Numbered from the stretch's first letter, positions 52,958 to 63,772 are shown. The stretch: 64,000 bases of DNA from Octopus vulgaris (GCA_951406725.2 OX597839.1:36270001-36334000); one strand, 5' to 3'. A program made the numbers and translations. Notes: generated by a model not told the origin, from the letters alone.

Positions 52958-53098
52958 GAGAAACAACAAGAAGAAGAAGAACAAGATGATGATGATGAAA
53001 GACAAGAGAAAGAAGAAGAAGAAAAGCAAAAACAAGAGATGCAACAAGAAGAGGAAGAGCTGCGGCAGCAAGACGAAGAAGAGGAGGAAGAGGAAGAA

Positions 53099-53133
<35 letters not shown>

Positions 53134-56100
53134 GCAACAACAGCGTCAATATCAGCAGCAGCAGCAACATCACAAACAACCTCGGCATTTTCAACAGAAC
53201 CAACCACAACAACAACAACAGCAGCAGCAGCAGCATAATCACTATCAGCAAGAACAACAGCACTTCCCTCAACAACAACAACAACCACAACCGTCACGTC
53301 ACCAACAACAGCAGCAACAATCTGCTGAGAAGACCGATGGTGATGTCTATGATTTTGACGAACAAGATAAACTGAATTTCGAAGAATTCTATGACTCCAA
53401 AAAATCCGATCACCAAAAAGTTCATTCCGACCACCAAAAAGTTAACGAATGCAATGAAGATCAAAGACATGACGAAGTTGTGTCCAACTTCGATGGAACA
53501 CGGAAAACTACCGAAAAAATTTCTCGGCTCCAAGATTGGTTTGGCTGCGAGAAGAAGAAGTCTTATTTTGATACGATCGAAACTTATTGTACAAAACCTT
53601 CCAAGTGTTGCACTTCCTGCACCAATGTGAAGCCTGGTCAGGGCAAACGGCGGAACAAACACAAGAACGTAGCCTCTTCGTGGTCAGAAGAAGCTGACGT
53701 GAACTCTGCTGCGAGTTCTTCTACGGAAACGGACAATGCTGCAGGAGATTTGAGTGATGCAAAAGACGGTAGTTTTGGGGATGTTGATGAACAAGAAGAT
53801 AAATTAGTTATTGATACCAGTGATATCTGTGGGTATGATGATAATTCTGTTGATAAAGATGATAAAGTAATTGATAAAACTGAGCTACCGGTTTCTTCTG
53901 TGTCGAGTAGTAAATTAAATATCGACTCCATTTCTGACAATGAGACTGTTGTAGACCTGAATTCTCCATTAACGGATCCAAAGGAGAAAGACTTTGCAAA
54001 GACAGAAACCACTGAAGAAATCATTGCTCCTAAAGCCAGCCCCAAATCTGAACCATTATCTAACCAGCCAAAACTGGCCAGTCCATTTATAGAAATGACT
54101 AATCACCATAGTTCTGTCTGCAAACAGATGGAATCTGTTCTTGGTTTTGGTAAACTGGACTCTAGTAAAGATATATTGTCCAGCAAGTTATCTGATGACT
54201 GTGATAGCAGCGATGAGGGTGCACTGAGGATTGATGAAGATGAAGTGGAAGACGAAAATGATGCGGAAGAGGTGACGACAGAGAAAATGTCTCCGAATGT
54301 TGAATTAGAAGATGTTTGCTTGAAACCGGATGATGAAGAAACGAAAACAGGTTTTGATCTGAAAGACGATAACCAAGAAATCGGCACTGCTACTACAGCC
54401 ACTCCATTGACCAGCTGCGAGCTTGAAGCCAAGGACGAGGACAGTCAGGAAACAATTCTTGACCCTCAAATCAATTACCAAGTTTTGGAGGACTTTGATT
54501 CTCCTCTTTCTAGTAAAATTAGTCCAGTTAACGAGATTCCAAACAATGTAACAGAAGAGAAACAATTTGAATGTTTGCCTGAGAAGCAATCAGAGGAAAG
54601 TGTTAGTGACCAGGACCCTGATCTCCCTTCATATTTACATTTGGATGTGAAGGCCTTAAAAGCCAAAGAAGTATTAGAAGACAGCCTTGCTAAAACCAAC
54701 CCAGCAATTGAATCGAAAAGCGAGAAAGAAACTTGTGAAAAATCCAAGGAAAACATTGAAACCAAACTGGAAGGGTGTCCTATCAACGACAGTGAGTTTG
54801 TCGAGTCCGGGACTGCAATGGTTATTGGCAATCGGGACATCTTGGATTCTATCCGTGTGTTCAAAGACGCTGATCTAGCCGCCATTACTGGCTTCGACTA
54901 TGAAGAACCCATTTCTCAGCGAAGATCAGGGCGGAAAGGTCGACACAGAGAGAAGAAAGAGAGGAAATGTCGTGTGTCGCGCCGGGATCCTGACAAGAAA
55001 AAAGATGGCATCTTTTCTCGGTCTTTAATCAGAGATACAAGTTCACGTTCACCAGAAGTACTTGGGTCGTTGCAATATTTCGATATCAAGAACCAATCGC
55101 TTAAAAGCAGTCTGTTTGACTGTTACCAGTTTGAAGATGAACTGGAAGATGTAAAACCGAAACTGTACCCACGCTCGACCGACCTGAAACTTATGAATCA
55201 GCATTTGGTTGAAAGCAATATCAAAAGTGAACAAGAACCAGTTATGAAAGATAAAACTTTCCTGGACAGCTCGAAACTAGAATGTTCTACCTCACCCCTG
55301 GACTCCAAAAATGCAATTGCCAAATATCCTCTGAGATTGAAAGAAGAAATTGATGAAGATGCCACAATCGAAGGGATCTTACGAGAGAAGGAAATCCGTG
55401 TTGAATCTGAACTGTCATCACAGGAGAAAGATGAGGAAGAAGCTGAAGAGCTTGTTGAAGCTGTTAAAGACGAGCCGACTTCTTTGTCAATTGTTTTAAA
55501 GAAGGAGAAGATTGACGGTGACCAGGATCGGGAGGAGCAGTACAAAGTGGAAACCATTGAGAAACCGTTGAAGTTGGAGGAAGAGAAACCGAAAGGTCGA
55601 AAGCGTCGGCAACGAAGGAACAGCAGGAAGCAGGCAGCAGCAGCTGCTGCTTTTGCTGTTGCAGCCCTTGTTCCTGTGGTTGAGAAAGTAAGTGAGGAGT
55701 TGAAGACTATTTGGACTGCTACTTCTGCTATACCTGCCCAACCTAGCTCAGATCAGACATCTGTTAAATGCGAGATCAGTGAAGACATTTCCACAGATAT
55801 AACGGCACTCGCTGTTGCTAATCTGATAAAGGCAGAGTTTCCAGACGACATTGGCCAAATGCCAGAGCCCGTCAGTAGCAACGTCCCATTAAAGGAAGTG
55901 TCTCCACAGAAGGAGGAACCGGATATGAAGCCTTCAGTATCAGAGCTGGAGACAAAGAAGTCTATAACACTGACTCCAGTGCGTGAGTACCCTAAACGTA
56001 ACCGTGGTAAGACCAGTATTTCAGCTGGGACCGTTACACCTAATGTCAACGTCACTTCTACCCCGGCGAGTAGTCGACGCACCCGTGCGTCCAAATTTGA

Positions 56101-59100
56101 AGAAGAGAAACAAATCTCAGTAGCTCCTGTTGAGGAAGAGCAGCTTTTAGACAATCTAAGTATTGAACCTGTTGCAGCCCCGCTGCAGCCTCCTTTGAAG
56201 TTGCCTTTAGTCGAAGAAAAAGTCAAAGAGAAGAAAGTTGAAATACCACCAATCCGTTTTCAGAAGGAGACAAACCGACGCGGTCGAACACGTGGGTTCA
56301 CTCTTCGACGAGGCCCCCCTACAGAGGAGTCTACTGAAAATGTTTCTGCTGTTGAAGAGACAGCTGAAAAGGCATATCAGAAGGCCAAGGATGTTTTTGA
56401 CTTTGACGAAGATGACGATGAAGAAATCGATACTCCCAAGCTGGAAACGGTACGTAGCGTTCCACGACCTGAACGCCATGTTAAAGACGACCACCACTCA
56501 TTGAAAGTGGAAAATACAGTGTCGGAGACGTGCGTCTCTACTCACCAGAAGTCTTCTGTTGTCGATGCTCAGAAAAGCACTGTAATTCCATCTTTAGACA
56601 TTGATGAAAGTAGTAAGCTAGAGAATCAGGTGGAGTACCAACGTTCGCGTAGAGGAAGGAAGCCTAACTACAAAGCTATGGATTCTGGCATGTTGCCAAG
56701 AACCACTTCCCCGCGTACCCGCATAGCATCCCCCAAGACGAGATCTCCGAAAGCGACGCGACAACAGGCTCAGGCACAGGCTGCTGCAGTTGTAGCATCA
56801 TCCTCTCCCAAGACAACAGAAGTAGGCTCACCTGTTGTGAAGCTGGAAAAACTGCCTCTGGTTACTCGGTCAGCGAAAAAGGATGAAATCAAGAGCCTGG
56901 ATACTGTGTCTAAGAGCACAAAAGAAGAAAAACCTTCACTGAAGGTCACTCTTAGAGCAGATCCCATAGAAAATGATGTCCTTGCACTGTCTGCTAATCA
57001 GGAAGAAGATTTAACTGAGAATAAGAAAGCAACTAGCTCACCAGGCTGTCCTCCGCAAACGGTTGTGGAGTCAATCATTGTTACACGGCGTGGTAAAGGG
57101 CGCAAGAAGAAGGTTTCAGCAATTACTGTCGTTCCAGCTGTTTCTGCCACTAGCACAACTCCAGTTCCAACAACAACGACGACGACGACAACAACACCAC
57201 CAGCAATGCAAGAAGATGTTTGCTCCAAACCGGTGCCTCCCGAGTTAAACATCACTTTTACACCACCAACTGAGAGTCCCGAGTCGAAACTTGAAGTTAT
57301 AACTCCCATTGTTTGTGAGGCAAGCGAAAGTTTGAGTGAGCAGCAGCCCTCAGTGGAGCAGACGATGACGACAACTTGTCCTGCAGCTTCCACCTCGAGA
57401 GTGCATCTCTCCGATACCTCACCAATGCCGGCAGCAGCGAAACCTTTATCAGTAACCATTACTACAGCACCAGCCACGACTTCTGCAGTCGGCAAATGTC
57501 CCTTGCCGGCGGCAGCAGCAGTACTGCCGAGTGAGGTTGCTGTGTCAAGTGAAGCTCCACCGAGCAACAGCGTTGAAAGTGTAATTGACTCTACAATGCC
57601 GAGAAAAGCCCAGCAGCATGACAGTGAGAACGAAGTGACAGCGATCCCTACGACCAACGTGATCCAGTGTGTGGAGCAAGTGTCCGTAGGTTCCACTCTA
57701 GCCAACAAGCCTGTACTGATTGATGCCACTGCTAACCGCTCTCGTCAGTCTCGAAGTCGCAGCCGTAGCGCCGAGTTAATCCGAAGTGTGCTGTCTGCTC
57801 CTCAGGGAGTTATGCCGCACAATCGGAATATGACAGGGTCACTAGTGGCAGCTTTACATGCTCCAACTCAAGCAGGTAAGTGGGCAACAAAGCTTTCATT
57901 TCTTTGTTTAGGTAGATTAGGGGTTGTTTCTTGATAAATAATCGTTACCATGCGCTGACGAGAGGCAATTACCCTGAAACTATAGTCCGTATATATCACT
58001 TAGGTTTTCGAGGGAGGATGACCTCCCTTTGCAAATAACACAAGGGCACTGAAATTTTGTGTCTAAGGCCAGCTGGTGACGTTGATCTCCTGGGGCTAAA
58101 AGCATCAGTAACACCCCACCCCCAGTGGCTAGCCACATTCAGATGGCTAGTACACTTTACGTAATCGTAATGTTAATCATAATTAAATAGTAAAGAGTGG
58201 CTGTGTGGTAAGTAGCTTGTTCACCAACCACATGGTTCCGGGTTCAGTCCCTCTGCGTGGCACCTTGGGCAAGTGCCTTATACTATAGCCTCGGGCCGAC
58301 CAAAACCTTGTGAGTGGATTTGGTAGATGGAAACTGAAAGAAGGCCGTCATATATATGTATAAATGCGTTTGTGTGTCTGTGTTTGTCCCCCTAGCATTG
58401 CTTGACAACCGATGCTGGTGTGTTTATGTCCCCGTTGCTTAGTGGTTCAGCAAAAGAGGCCGATAGAATAAGTACCGGGCTTACAAAGAATAAGTCCTGG
58501 GGTCAAGTTGATCCATTAAAAGCGGTGCTCCAGCATGGCCGCAGTCAACTGACTGAAACAAGTAAAAGAGTAAAATAGTATACAGGTCTGTTTTATTGGA
58601 CTATTCCAGCTTTACTATAAAGAGTTTGTTGTCAGTATATCTCCATTAGAGGGTGTGTATATCCCCCCCCCCCAGCTCCCGAAGCCAACGAGATTGCATC
58701 ATATTAGTTGTGAGGCCCACACAGCTGATATTTCAGATGAAGACTGCATACATTTGTGTGTTTGGGTGCAGGAGTGGTTGTGTGGTAAGAAGCTTGCTTC
58801 CCAACCTCATGGTTCCAGTTTCAATCCCAGCATGGGCAAATGTCTTCTACTACAGCCTCAAGCTGACCTAAACCTTGTGACTGGATTTGCTCTCTGCTCT
58901 TCCCTCTCTTTTCCTCCCTCCCTCCTAATATCATCAAAAGGCTTGTTTTAGCCAACAAGCCTGTACTGATGGATGCTACTGCTAACCACTCTCACCAGAG
59001 TGGTTTTATTGTAAATTGTATGAATGTTCTCATCTTGCTGACCATTGGACCATGAAACAGGAGTGGAGCCTGTTTACAACCACAGAGACTGAGGCAGCAA

Positions 59101-62100
59101 TCCATGCTTTGTACAGACTCCTTGGCTTCTTATCACTAAATGTTTTGACCTCAGCTACATTGTATTTCACATTCCTTTTTGAGCCAGTAAGCAAAAAAAA
59201 AAAAAATTGGCAACACACTTGTTAGTAGGGCGGGTTGGTACCTTTTGGTCTTGAAATAATCTGTGGCTTTGTGTTGCTGGAAGATTTAGTGAGAAACAAA
59301 TGTGTAATCAGTTTTCCAGTTGTTTGACTAGACTGGGTGTTAGTCAGTTACTGTATTTAACCCTTTAGTGTTCTGATCATTCTATCAAACATAATGCCTA
59401 TTGATTCACATTGATTTGAATAAGTCATGCATTATCTCATATCTTCAAGATCTTGATGGTGTAATTACTTAATGTAGAATAACATTGTAGGGTAGGTGTG
59501 AGAGCCTTGATCTGGTCAGTCTAAACATAAAACAGATTAACTATTTTGGCCGGATATGGCTGGTTTAAATACTAAAGGGTTAATAGCTTATAAGACAAGC
59601 ACTCCAATATCAGCAATGCACATTTAGGAAAAAAATAGTTTTAAATGCATTAAAGCTTGTGGGGGTCTTTACATATAGGCCCCAGGGTGTTTTTTGAAAA
59701 AGAAAAGTGTATCTTTTGTGCCATCAAATCTGGTGGCTGTGGTGGAGAGAGGCGGGCAGCCAGAGAAGGTCGGTGTTGATGGGAGTGGGGATAGGGGGGT
59801 ATCAGTTGAGGGTTTCTGATCGTTACAGAATTTGTCATCAGATAATTGTTTCTTTGTTAATTAATTCAGTTTTCGTTTCGTTTCAGCAACCCAGTCTGAG
59901 TTAATGCCGATGTCAACAGTGATGTCTTCAAGTCCCGCCGTTATCTCTTCAGTACCCGATGCTTCTCCAAGACCATCAGAAACAAATAAAGTCCATTATT
60001 CATCAATGCCAATTAACATTGGCAAGCCAACCGTACACGAAAGTAAACCACACGCAGAGCACAACAAAATATCGATCGATTTGACCAAACGACCAGGAAG
60101 TGAAGCCATTGCACCGAAACAGTCTGTGATGGAGGCCATCCTGAAACAAGCCGATGAGAAACCTTCCAAACATGCAATGGATATGTCGGAGACTGTTCGT
60201 ATGATTCTGGAGAAACAGGCTCCGATGCCAGGGAAACCGTTAGTCCTTGAAGTACCCAAACATCCTCCTGACATGCTGAAGAATCAGCATGACCCAAGTA
60301 AACATCCCAAGGACAACCTGAAACAAATGGAGTCGTTGAAACATTCTACAGAACCCCTCAAACAGAAAGTCGAACACAAGCAGCAACACACTGCTGTTAT
60401 TCATCAGTTGACAACCGATTCTAAAAAATTCCCTCATCAATCTGACCCTGTTTCAAACATCAGGACCGGACCATCAGTCTCTTCAGAGAGCCTTGTCACA
60501 TCCCGAGCAGGTTCCCAACCTGTTCACGGTGGGGTGATCCATTTGACGCAGCCCATGTCACACCAGCCGCAACATTCAGAGCACCCGATGCCGCATAAAT
60601 CTATGGTCAGCAACCTCATACAGCGTTCCCATGGCTTCTATGACCAGGTGTCGGAAAGATCCCGCTCGTCTTCTCCTCACGTCAGCACCCCGTCCACAGT
60701 GGCAGGCCCCACGTCACACATCTATTCAGGAGTTTCTCATCAAGCAGTTCCGCCTTCCATTAATTTGAAAACCGAACTTGGCAGCCGAGACCTCTCTTCA
60801 TCTCCCAGTGGCTCAGGACCATACAGTGTAGTAACGACGACAACTGCTGCCGTTGCTGCTGCTGCTGCTGCTCACACTATTGACAAGTCAATAGTGAATA
60901 GTCCGCGACCAATGACGACGACCTCGCCTTCTTTTATCGGACAGGATATGTGCAAAAGATCTCCCACGGTCTTGCATGCACTGACCAACCCTGGTGTCCA
61001 GGTGGGTGTTGTCCAAATACAACCACAACCTGTGTCTTCTAAGGAAACAAGTCCTAAAGGCCAGGTAAGGCTTGTGTGTTGGGCTTATCTTTTATTTCCC
61101 TCATTTCCAGTCTTTATATTATTATATTAGACTAAGTCTAAGATCACGGCAAGCCAACACTCATCAATAGAAGCCTGCTAATCCATTCATATAACTGTTG
61201 AAATAGACTGCCGTTTGTTTCAATTAATTTTGGAAATAACGAAGAATTTATTAAAATAACTTTTAATTAATCTGGTGTTGGAATATAAATTAACATGAAA
61301 TTTTCAGGGAGGGTTTTAATTTAGGTCACTTTAGCCCCTTCGTTACCATATTTCTGTTGCAATATACCGACTTCGTTTCACTTAATTTTGAAATCACAAA
61401 GAATTTATTAAAATAACTTTTAATTAATCTGGTGTTGGAATATAAATTAACATGACATTTTCAGGGAAGGTTTTAATTAAGGTCACTTTAGCCCCTTCAT
61501 TACCATATTTCTGTTGCAATATACCAACTTCGTTTCACTTAATTTTGAAATAACGAAGAATTTATTAAAATAACTTTTAATTAATCTGGTGTTGGAATAT
61601 AAATTAACATGACATTTTCAGGGAGGGTTTTAATTTAGGTCACTTTAGCCCCTTCGTTACCATATTTCTGTTGCAATATACCGACTTCGTTTCACTTAAT
61701 TTTGAAATCACAAAGAATTTAGTAAGACAATTTTTTGTCATTATTAAACTGGTGTTTGCAACATAAAAATAACATGAAATTTTGATAGAAGGTTTTAATT
61801 TCGATCGCTTCAAATTTGTGTCTTTTCTCTGTTCATCAAAATATCTTCTCTTTCATTTTGCAGCCAATTGAGAAGGTACCTAACCCACTGAGAGCTTCAC
61901 TGGAATCTGGAACCACAATAGGACCTGATACGTCTGAGAGATTGCGAATGAAAGCTGAATTCAGTCGGCAGCAATCCTCTGTGTCCGAGCAGCAACATAA
62001 AGGTATTGATTGTTGGTTTATTAGTCTTTTTTTTTTATAACACTTGTTTGTCATTTGACTGCGGCCATGCTGGAGCACTGCCTTTAATCGAGCAACTTGA

Positions 62101-63483
62101 CCCGGGACTTTTTTGATCTTTGAAGGTGCAGAGCCAGCAGATGATTGGTTGGCTGTTGAAATAACAACAGCACTGTTTGTAGCAAATGTAAATAAGCACA
62201 GACAAACAGACAGACACACGTGTGTGTATATACCCACACGAATATGCTTTGCTTAGCTCAGTGCTATAGTAGGAGAGTCTTACCCTGGGTGGTGTGCAGT
62301 GGAACTGCCCTTTCATCCTTTTGGGGGGGTTGATGAAATAAGTACCAGTCAAGTACTGGGGCCAGGGTAATTTACTGACCTCCACCATCAAATTTGCTGG
62401 CCTTGTGCCAAAATTTGAAACCATTCTTATTGCTGACAGAATCATTGATGCACCAAACAAACTATTTTAGTAGCAATACTTCTGGCTTTATATGTTCTCA
62501 GCTCAAATGCTATCAACGTTGACTTTATCTTCCATCTTTTTAGGGGTCAAGGCTGGGGTCAATGTAATCAGCTCTCCCCATCTCCTTAAACATTACTGGC
62601 TTTGGACCAAAATTTGAAATTGCTGTTGTTGTTTTTACTTATTATTATTATTATTATTTATTATTTATTTTTATTATTATTATTATTTATTACTATTATT
62701 TTTATTATTTATTTTTTTAATTATTATTATTTATTTTTATTATTATTATTATTATTTATTATTATTTTTATTTTTATTTTTATTAATATTATTATTTTTT
62801 TTTCTGTTGCCATTTCAGTGCTGTCTGGTCACCATAATAAATCTGCTTCCATCAGTATGTCACTATCGCAGCCCACACCTTCCTCACGGACGTCTGAGAT
62901 AATGAAGGGTTGGAGACAGTCGTCTCCTCCGCAGCCGTTAATCCGCAACAACTTTGCTCCGATTGCAATATCTCCGAGTCCATCGCCGACGTTGCACGCG
63001 ACCAATTTGTCGATCAATCACCAATCTACGTCTCAGCAGCCGGCCCAGCAACAGCACTCGGCGCAGTCCCTTGCTGCGCACCAACTGTTGCCTGGCAACC
63101 CTGCCCAGGCTCATACTCAACCTCCACAGCAACAACAACAACAACAGCAACAACAACAACAACCGCCGCCGCAACAGCAACCGGCGCCACCACAGCAGCA
63201 GCAGCAGCAACAACAGCAGCATATTGCTCGTTCCAGTCCAAACGTTCATCCCTGCTCTGTTGGTCCGTCTTCAGTGTCGTCCTCTTCCACATCCTCATCA
63301 TCGCCAGCCACATCAGTGTCTGTCACTGTTTCCTCCGCTCATCCTATGACAGTAGCATCGACTGCCCTCCAGATACAGCATCAACTGCAGGCCCAGCAAG
63401 CAGCTGCTGTAGCGCACCAACGAGACCGCGAAAGGGAGCCAGCACCAAACCAGTCTCCTGCTCATCAACCTTCTGGACACCAG
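22529..63483 (+). CDS. spen: split ends/SPEN (SHARP/MINT) ortholog, partial; 14 coding exons in window, about 5,625 codons; 5' RRM exon(s) and SPOC domain not in window
   Basis: Spliced translation gives [82 protein letters not shown] and [17 protein letters not shown], matching the RRM2-4 block of SPEN proteins as I recall it. [11 protein letters not shown] in the giant exon matches the human SPEN motif SSIFEQDSKRL. All 13 junction phases are mutually consistent. Confidence 0.95.
22780..23190 (-). mobile_element. degenerate tRNA-SINE with RTE-like tail
   Basis: Reverse-complement similarity to 4292-4692. Confidence 0.65.
23857..24140 (+). mobile_element. GC-rich tRNA-derived SINE (head gtggaggcgcaatggccc)
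   Basis: A/B-box-like head with ggtttcaattccc; related inverted copy at 26315-26523. Confidence 0.65.
25642..25876 (-). mobile_element. full-length-looking SINE (head ggcggcgagctggcagaaacgttagc) nested within an older SINE
   Basis: B-box-like gagttcaaattcc, central cctttcatcctttcggggtc domain, aaagaaatag tail; flanks continue another SINE (ttcagtcccactctgt ... gacaagtgtcttc). Confidence 0.8.
26315..26523 (-). mobile_element. internally deleted SINE related to 23857-24140
   Basis: Ends gggccattgcgcctccac, the reverse complement of the 23857 head; shares aagagtgagagaaagttg. Confidence 0.65.
26991..27180. repeat. 38-bp minisatellite x5 (ttgtgtattccctctcgtccttcattacccttctgacc)
   Basis: Five near-identical tandem units. 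Confidence 0.95.
27237..27728 (+). CDS. spen: spen exon B, Gly/Ser/Ala-rich then SR-rich low complexity, phase 2-2
   Basis: Acceptor ttccag, GC-richer open frame, weak donor ag|gtcatt that is in phase with exon C. Confidence 0.8.
27864..28081 (+). mobile_element. piggyBac-like MITE (family 1)
   Basis: ttaaccctttagc...gctaaagggtaa. Confidence 0.8.
28538..28716 (+). CDS. spen: spen exon C, start of first visible RRM ([13 protein letters not shown]), phase 2-1
   Basis: Acceptor tctgtag, donor g|gtaagt. Confidence 0.9.
28875..29145. mobile_element. RTE 3' fragment whose 5' part is duplicated as a 90-bp inverted arm (palindrome 28875-29054)
   Basis: Arms are reverse complements around the 28964/28965 centre; the element continues to an (ATG)n tail at 29145. 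Confidence 0.92.
29146..29346 (+). mobile_element. piggyBac-like MITE (family 2), left end missing
   Basis: Ends ggtatcaaaaggg-TTAA. Confidence 0.7.
29569..29680 (+). CDS. spen: spen exon D ([38 protein letters not shown]), phase 1-2
   Basis: Acceptor ttttgcag, donor aa|gtgagt; translated by hand (absent from ORF track); SPEN RRM signature. Confidence 0.95.
29905..29993 (+). CDS. spen: spen exon E ([29 protein letters not shown]), phase 2-1
   Basis: Acceptor ttgcag, donor g|gttagt; completes the RRM. Confidence 0.92.
31136..31284 (+). CDS. spen: spen exon F (EDNEFRP...[15 protein letters not shown]...FGEII), phase 1-0
   Basis: Acceptor cccag, donor ata|gtgagt; RNP2 motif LFVGNL. Confidence 0.95.
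31385..31742 (+). mobile_element. degenerate tRNA-SINE with RTE-like tail
   Basis: Same layout as 4292-4692. Confidence 0.65.
31743..31971 (+). mobile_element. piggyBac-like MITE (family 1)
   Basis: taaccctttag...gctaaaggg-TTAA; similar to the 18181 copy. Confidence 0.85.
32576..32701 (+). CDS. spen: spen exon G ([19 protein letters not shown]), phase 0-0
   Basis: Acceptor atcag, weak donor aag|gttctt; RNP1-like YAFVQY. Confidence 0.92.
33021..33248 (+). CDS. spen: spen exon H ([15 protein letters not shown]...KKRIQ), most of last RRM, phase 0-0
   Basis: Acceptor ttttcag, donor cag|gtaatt. Confidence 0.95.
36969..37335 (+). mobile_element. degenerate tRNA-SINE (family of 58195-58575)
   Basis: Shared head, central (TG)n and tail ccagcatggccgcag...gactgaaacaagtaaa. 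Confidence 0.7.
41095..41600. repeat. 44-bp minisatellite built from two related 22-bp subunits
   Basis: actgctcatagtattacatagt + agtgctcatatcattatatagt; period 44 (41230, 41274). Confidence 0.93.
42631..42815 (+). CDS. spen: spen exon I ([21 protein letters not shown]...EDTAR), phase 0-2
   Basis: Acceptor ttgtag, donor cg|gtaaag; hand translation (the ORF track shows a different frame); resembles SPEN VDFANRESQLAFY. Confidence 0.92.
42866..43394 (+). mobile_element. piggyBac-like MITE (family 1) interrupted by an RTE 3' fragment (about 42965-43281)
   Basis: The MITE halves join into the family sequence once the RTE segment is removed. Confidence 0.75.
43530..43727 (+). CDS. spen: spen exon J (YEATGNVST...PATQRQR), phase 2-2, probable GC donor
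   Basis: Acceptor ttgcag; best in-phase donor is AAG|GCAAGT. Confidence 0.8.
44025..44521. mobile_element. non-autonomous hAT-like DNA transposon
   Basis: Imperfect termini catgggtt.. / ..accccctg; 8-bp flanks gtctaatc (44017-44024) and atctaatc (44522-44529). Confidence 0.6.
44513..44735. repeat. 31-bp minisatellite (aacccctgatctaatcaatcactattgtcct) with two variant spacers
   Basis: gatcta recurs at 44574, 44605 and 44636. Confidence 0.9.
44905..57875 (+). CDS. spen: spen giant exon K, 12,971 bp, about 4,324 codons of charged, low-complexity sequence, phase 2-1
   Basis: Uninterrupted 4,381-aa ORF 44789-57934; acceptor ttttgtag at 44904, donor cag|gtaagt at 57875. Confidence 0.93.
52910..53325 (+). 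repeat. coding trinucleotide tracts (polyQ, polyE, polyD) in the giant exon
   Basis: CAA/CAG, GAA/GAG and GAT runs in frame. Confidence 0.95.
58195..58575 (+). mobile_element. full-length tRNA-derived SINE with CORE-like ccttgggcaagt segment
   Basis: A-box-like tggctgtgtggtaa, B-box-like gggttcagtccc, tail (agtaaaag)n; resembles described octopus SINEs, family name not assigned. Confidence 0.85.
59357..59583 (+). mobile_element. piggyBac-like MITE (family 1)
   Basis: TTAA-ccctttagt...actaaaggg-TTAA. Confidence 0.85.
59887..61064 (+). CDS. spen: spen exon L, Pro/Ser/His-rich, phase 1-0
   Basis: Acceptor tttcag, in frame with ORF 59904, donor cag|gtaagg. Confidence 0.9.
61185..61812. repeat. 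157-bp tandem array (about 4 units) derived from MITE family 2
   Basis: ttagccccttc at 61331, 61488 and 61645; unit matches the left part of 16152-16369 and 29146-29346. Confidence 0.9.
61864..62002 (+). CDS. spen: spen exon M ([12 protein letters not shown]...QQHK), phase 0-1
   Basis: Acceptor ttttgcag, donor aag|gtattg; its phases bridge exons L and N. Confidence 0.85.
62640..62800. repeat. (ATT)n/T-rich tract directly upstream of exon N
   Basis: Direct reading. Confidence 0.9.
62819..63483 (+). CDS. spen: spen exon N, Gln/Pro/Ser-rich with polyQ, phase 1-0
   Basis: Acceptor tttcag after an ATT-rich tract, donor cag|gtaagg. Confidence 0.9.
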
Positions 63484-63556
63484 GTAAGGGCCCTTTTTTT
63501 TTTTCACCCTAACTCTCTTCCCTTCATGCTTGAGGTTCTTTGTTAAATCATCTCTC

Positions 63557-63772
63557 TTTTACTCTTTTACATGTTTCAGTCCTTTGACTGCGGCCATGCT
63601 GGAGCACCGTCTTTAGTCGAGCAACTCGACCCCGGGACTTATTCTTTTTGTAAGCCCATTACTTATTCTATCGGTCTCTTTTGCCGAACTGCTAAGTAAC
63701 GGGGACGTAAACACACCAGCATCGGTTGTCAAGCAATGCTAGGGAGACAAACACAGACACACAAACACACAC

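Noticed and set aside
44792-57729. Numerous antisense and alternate-frame ORFs (up to 243 aa) within the giant exon
   Set aside because: Shadow ORFs expected from biased Lys/Glu/Ser codon usage; no domain features.
58195-58270. tRNA gene calls at SINE heads
   Set aside because: Only A/B-box-like remnants continuing into SINE bodies; no complete cloverleaf.
62602-62818. Apparent transmembrane N-terminus of ORF 62602
   Set aside because: Translation of the intronic (ATT)n tract.
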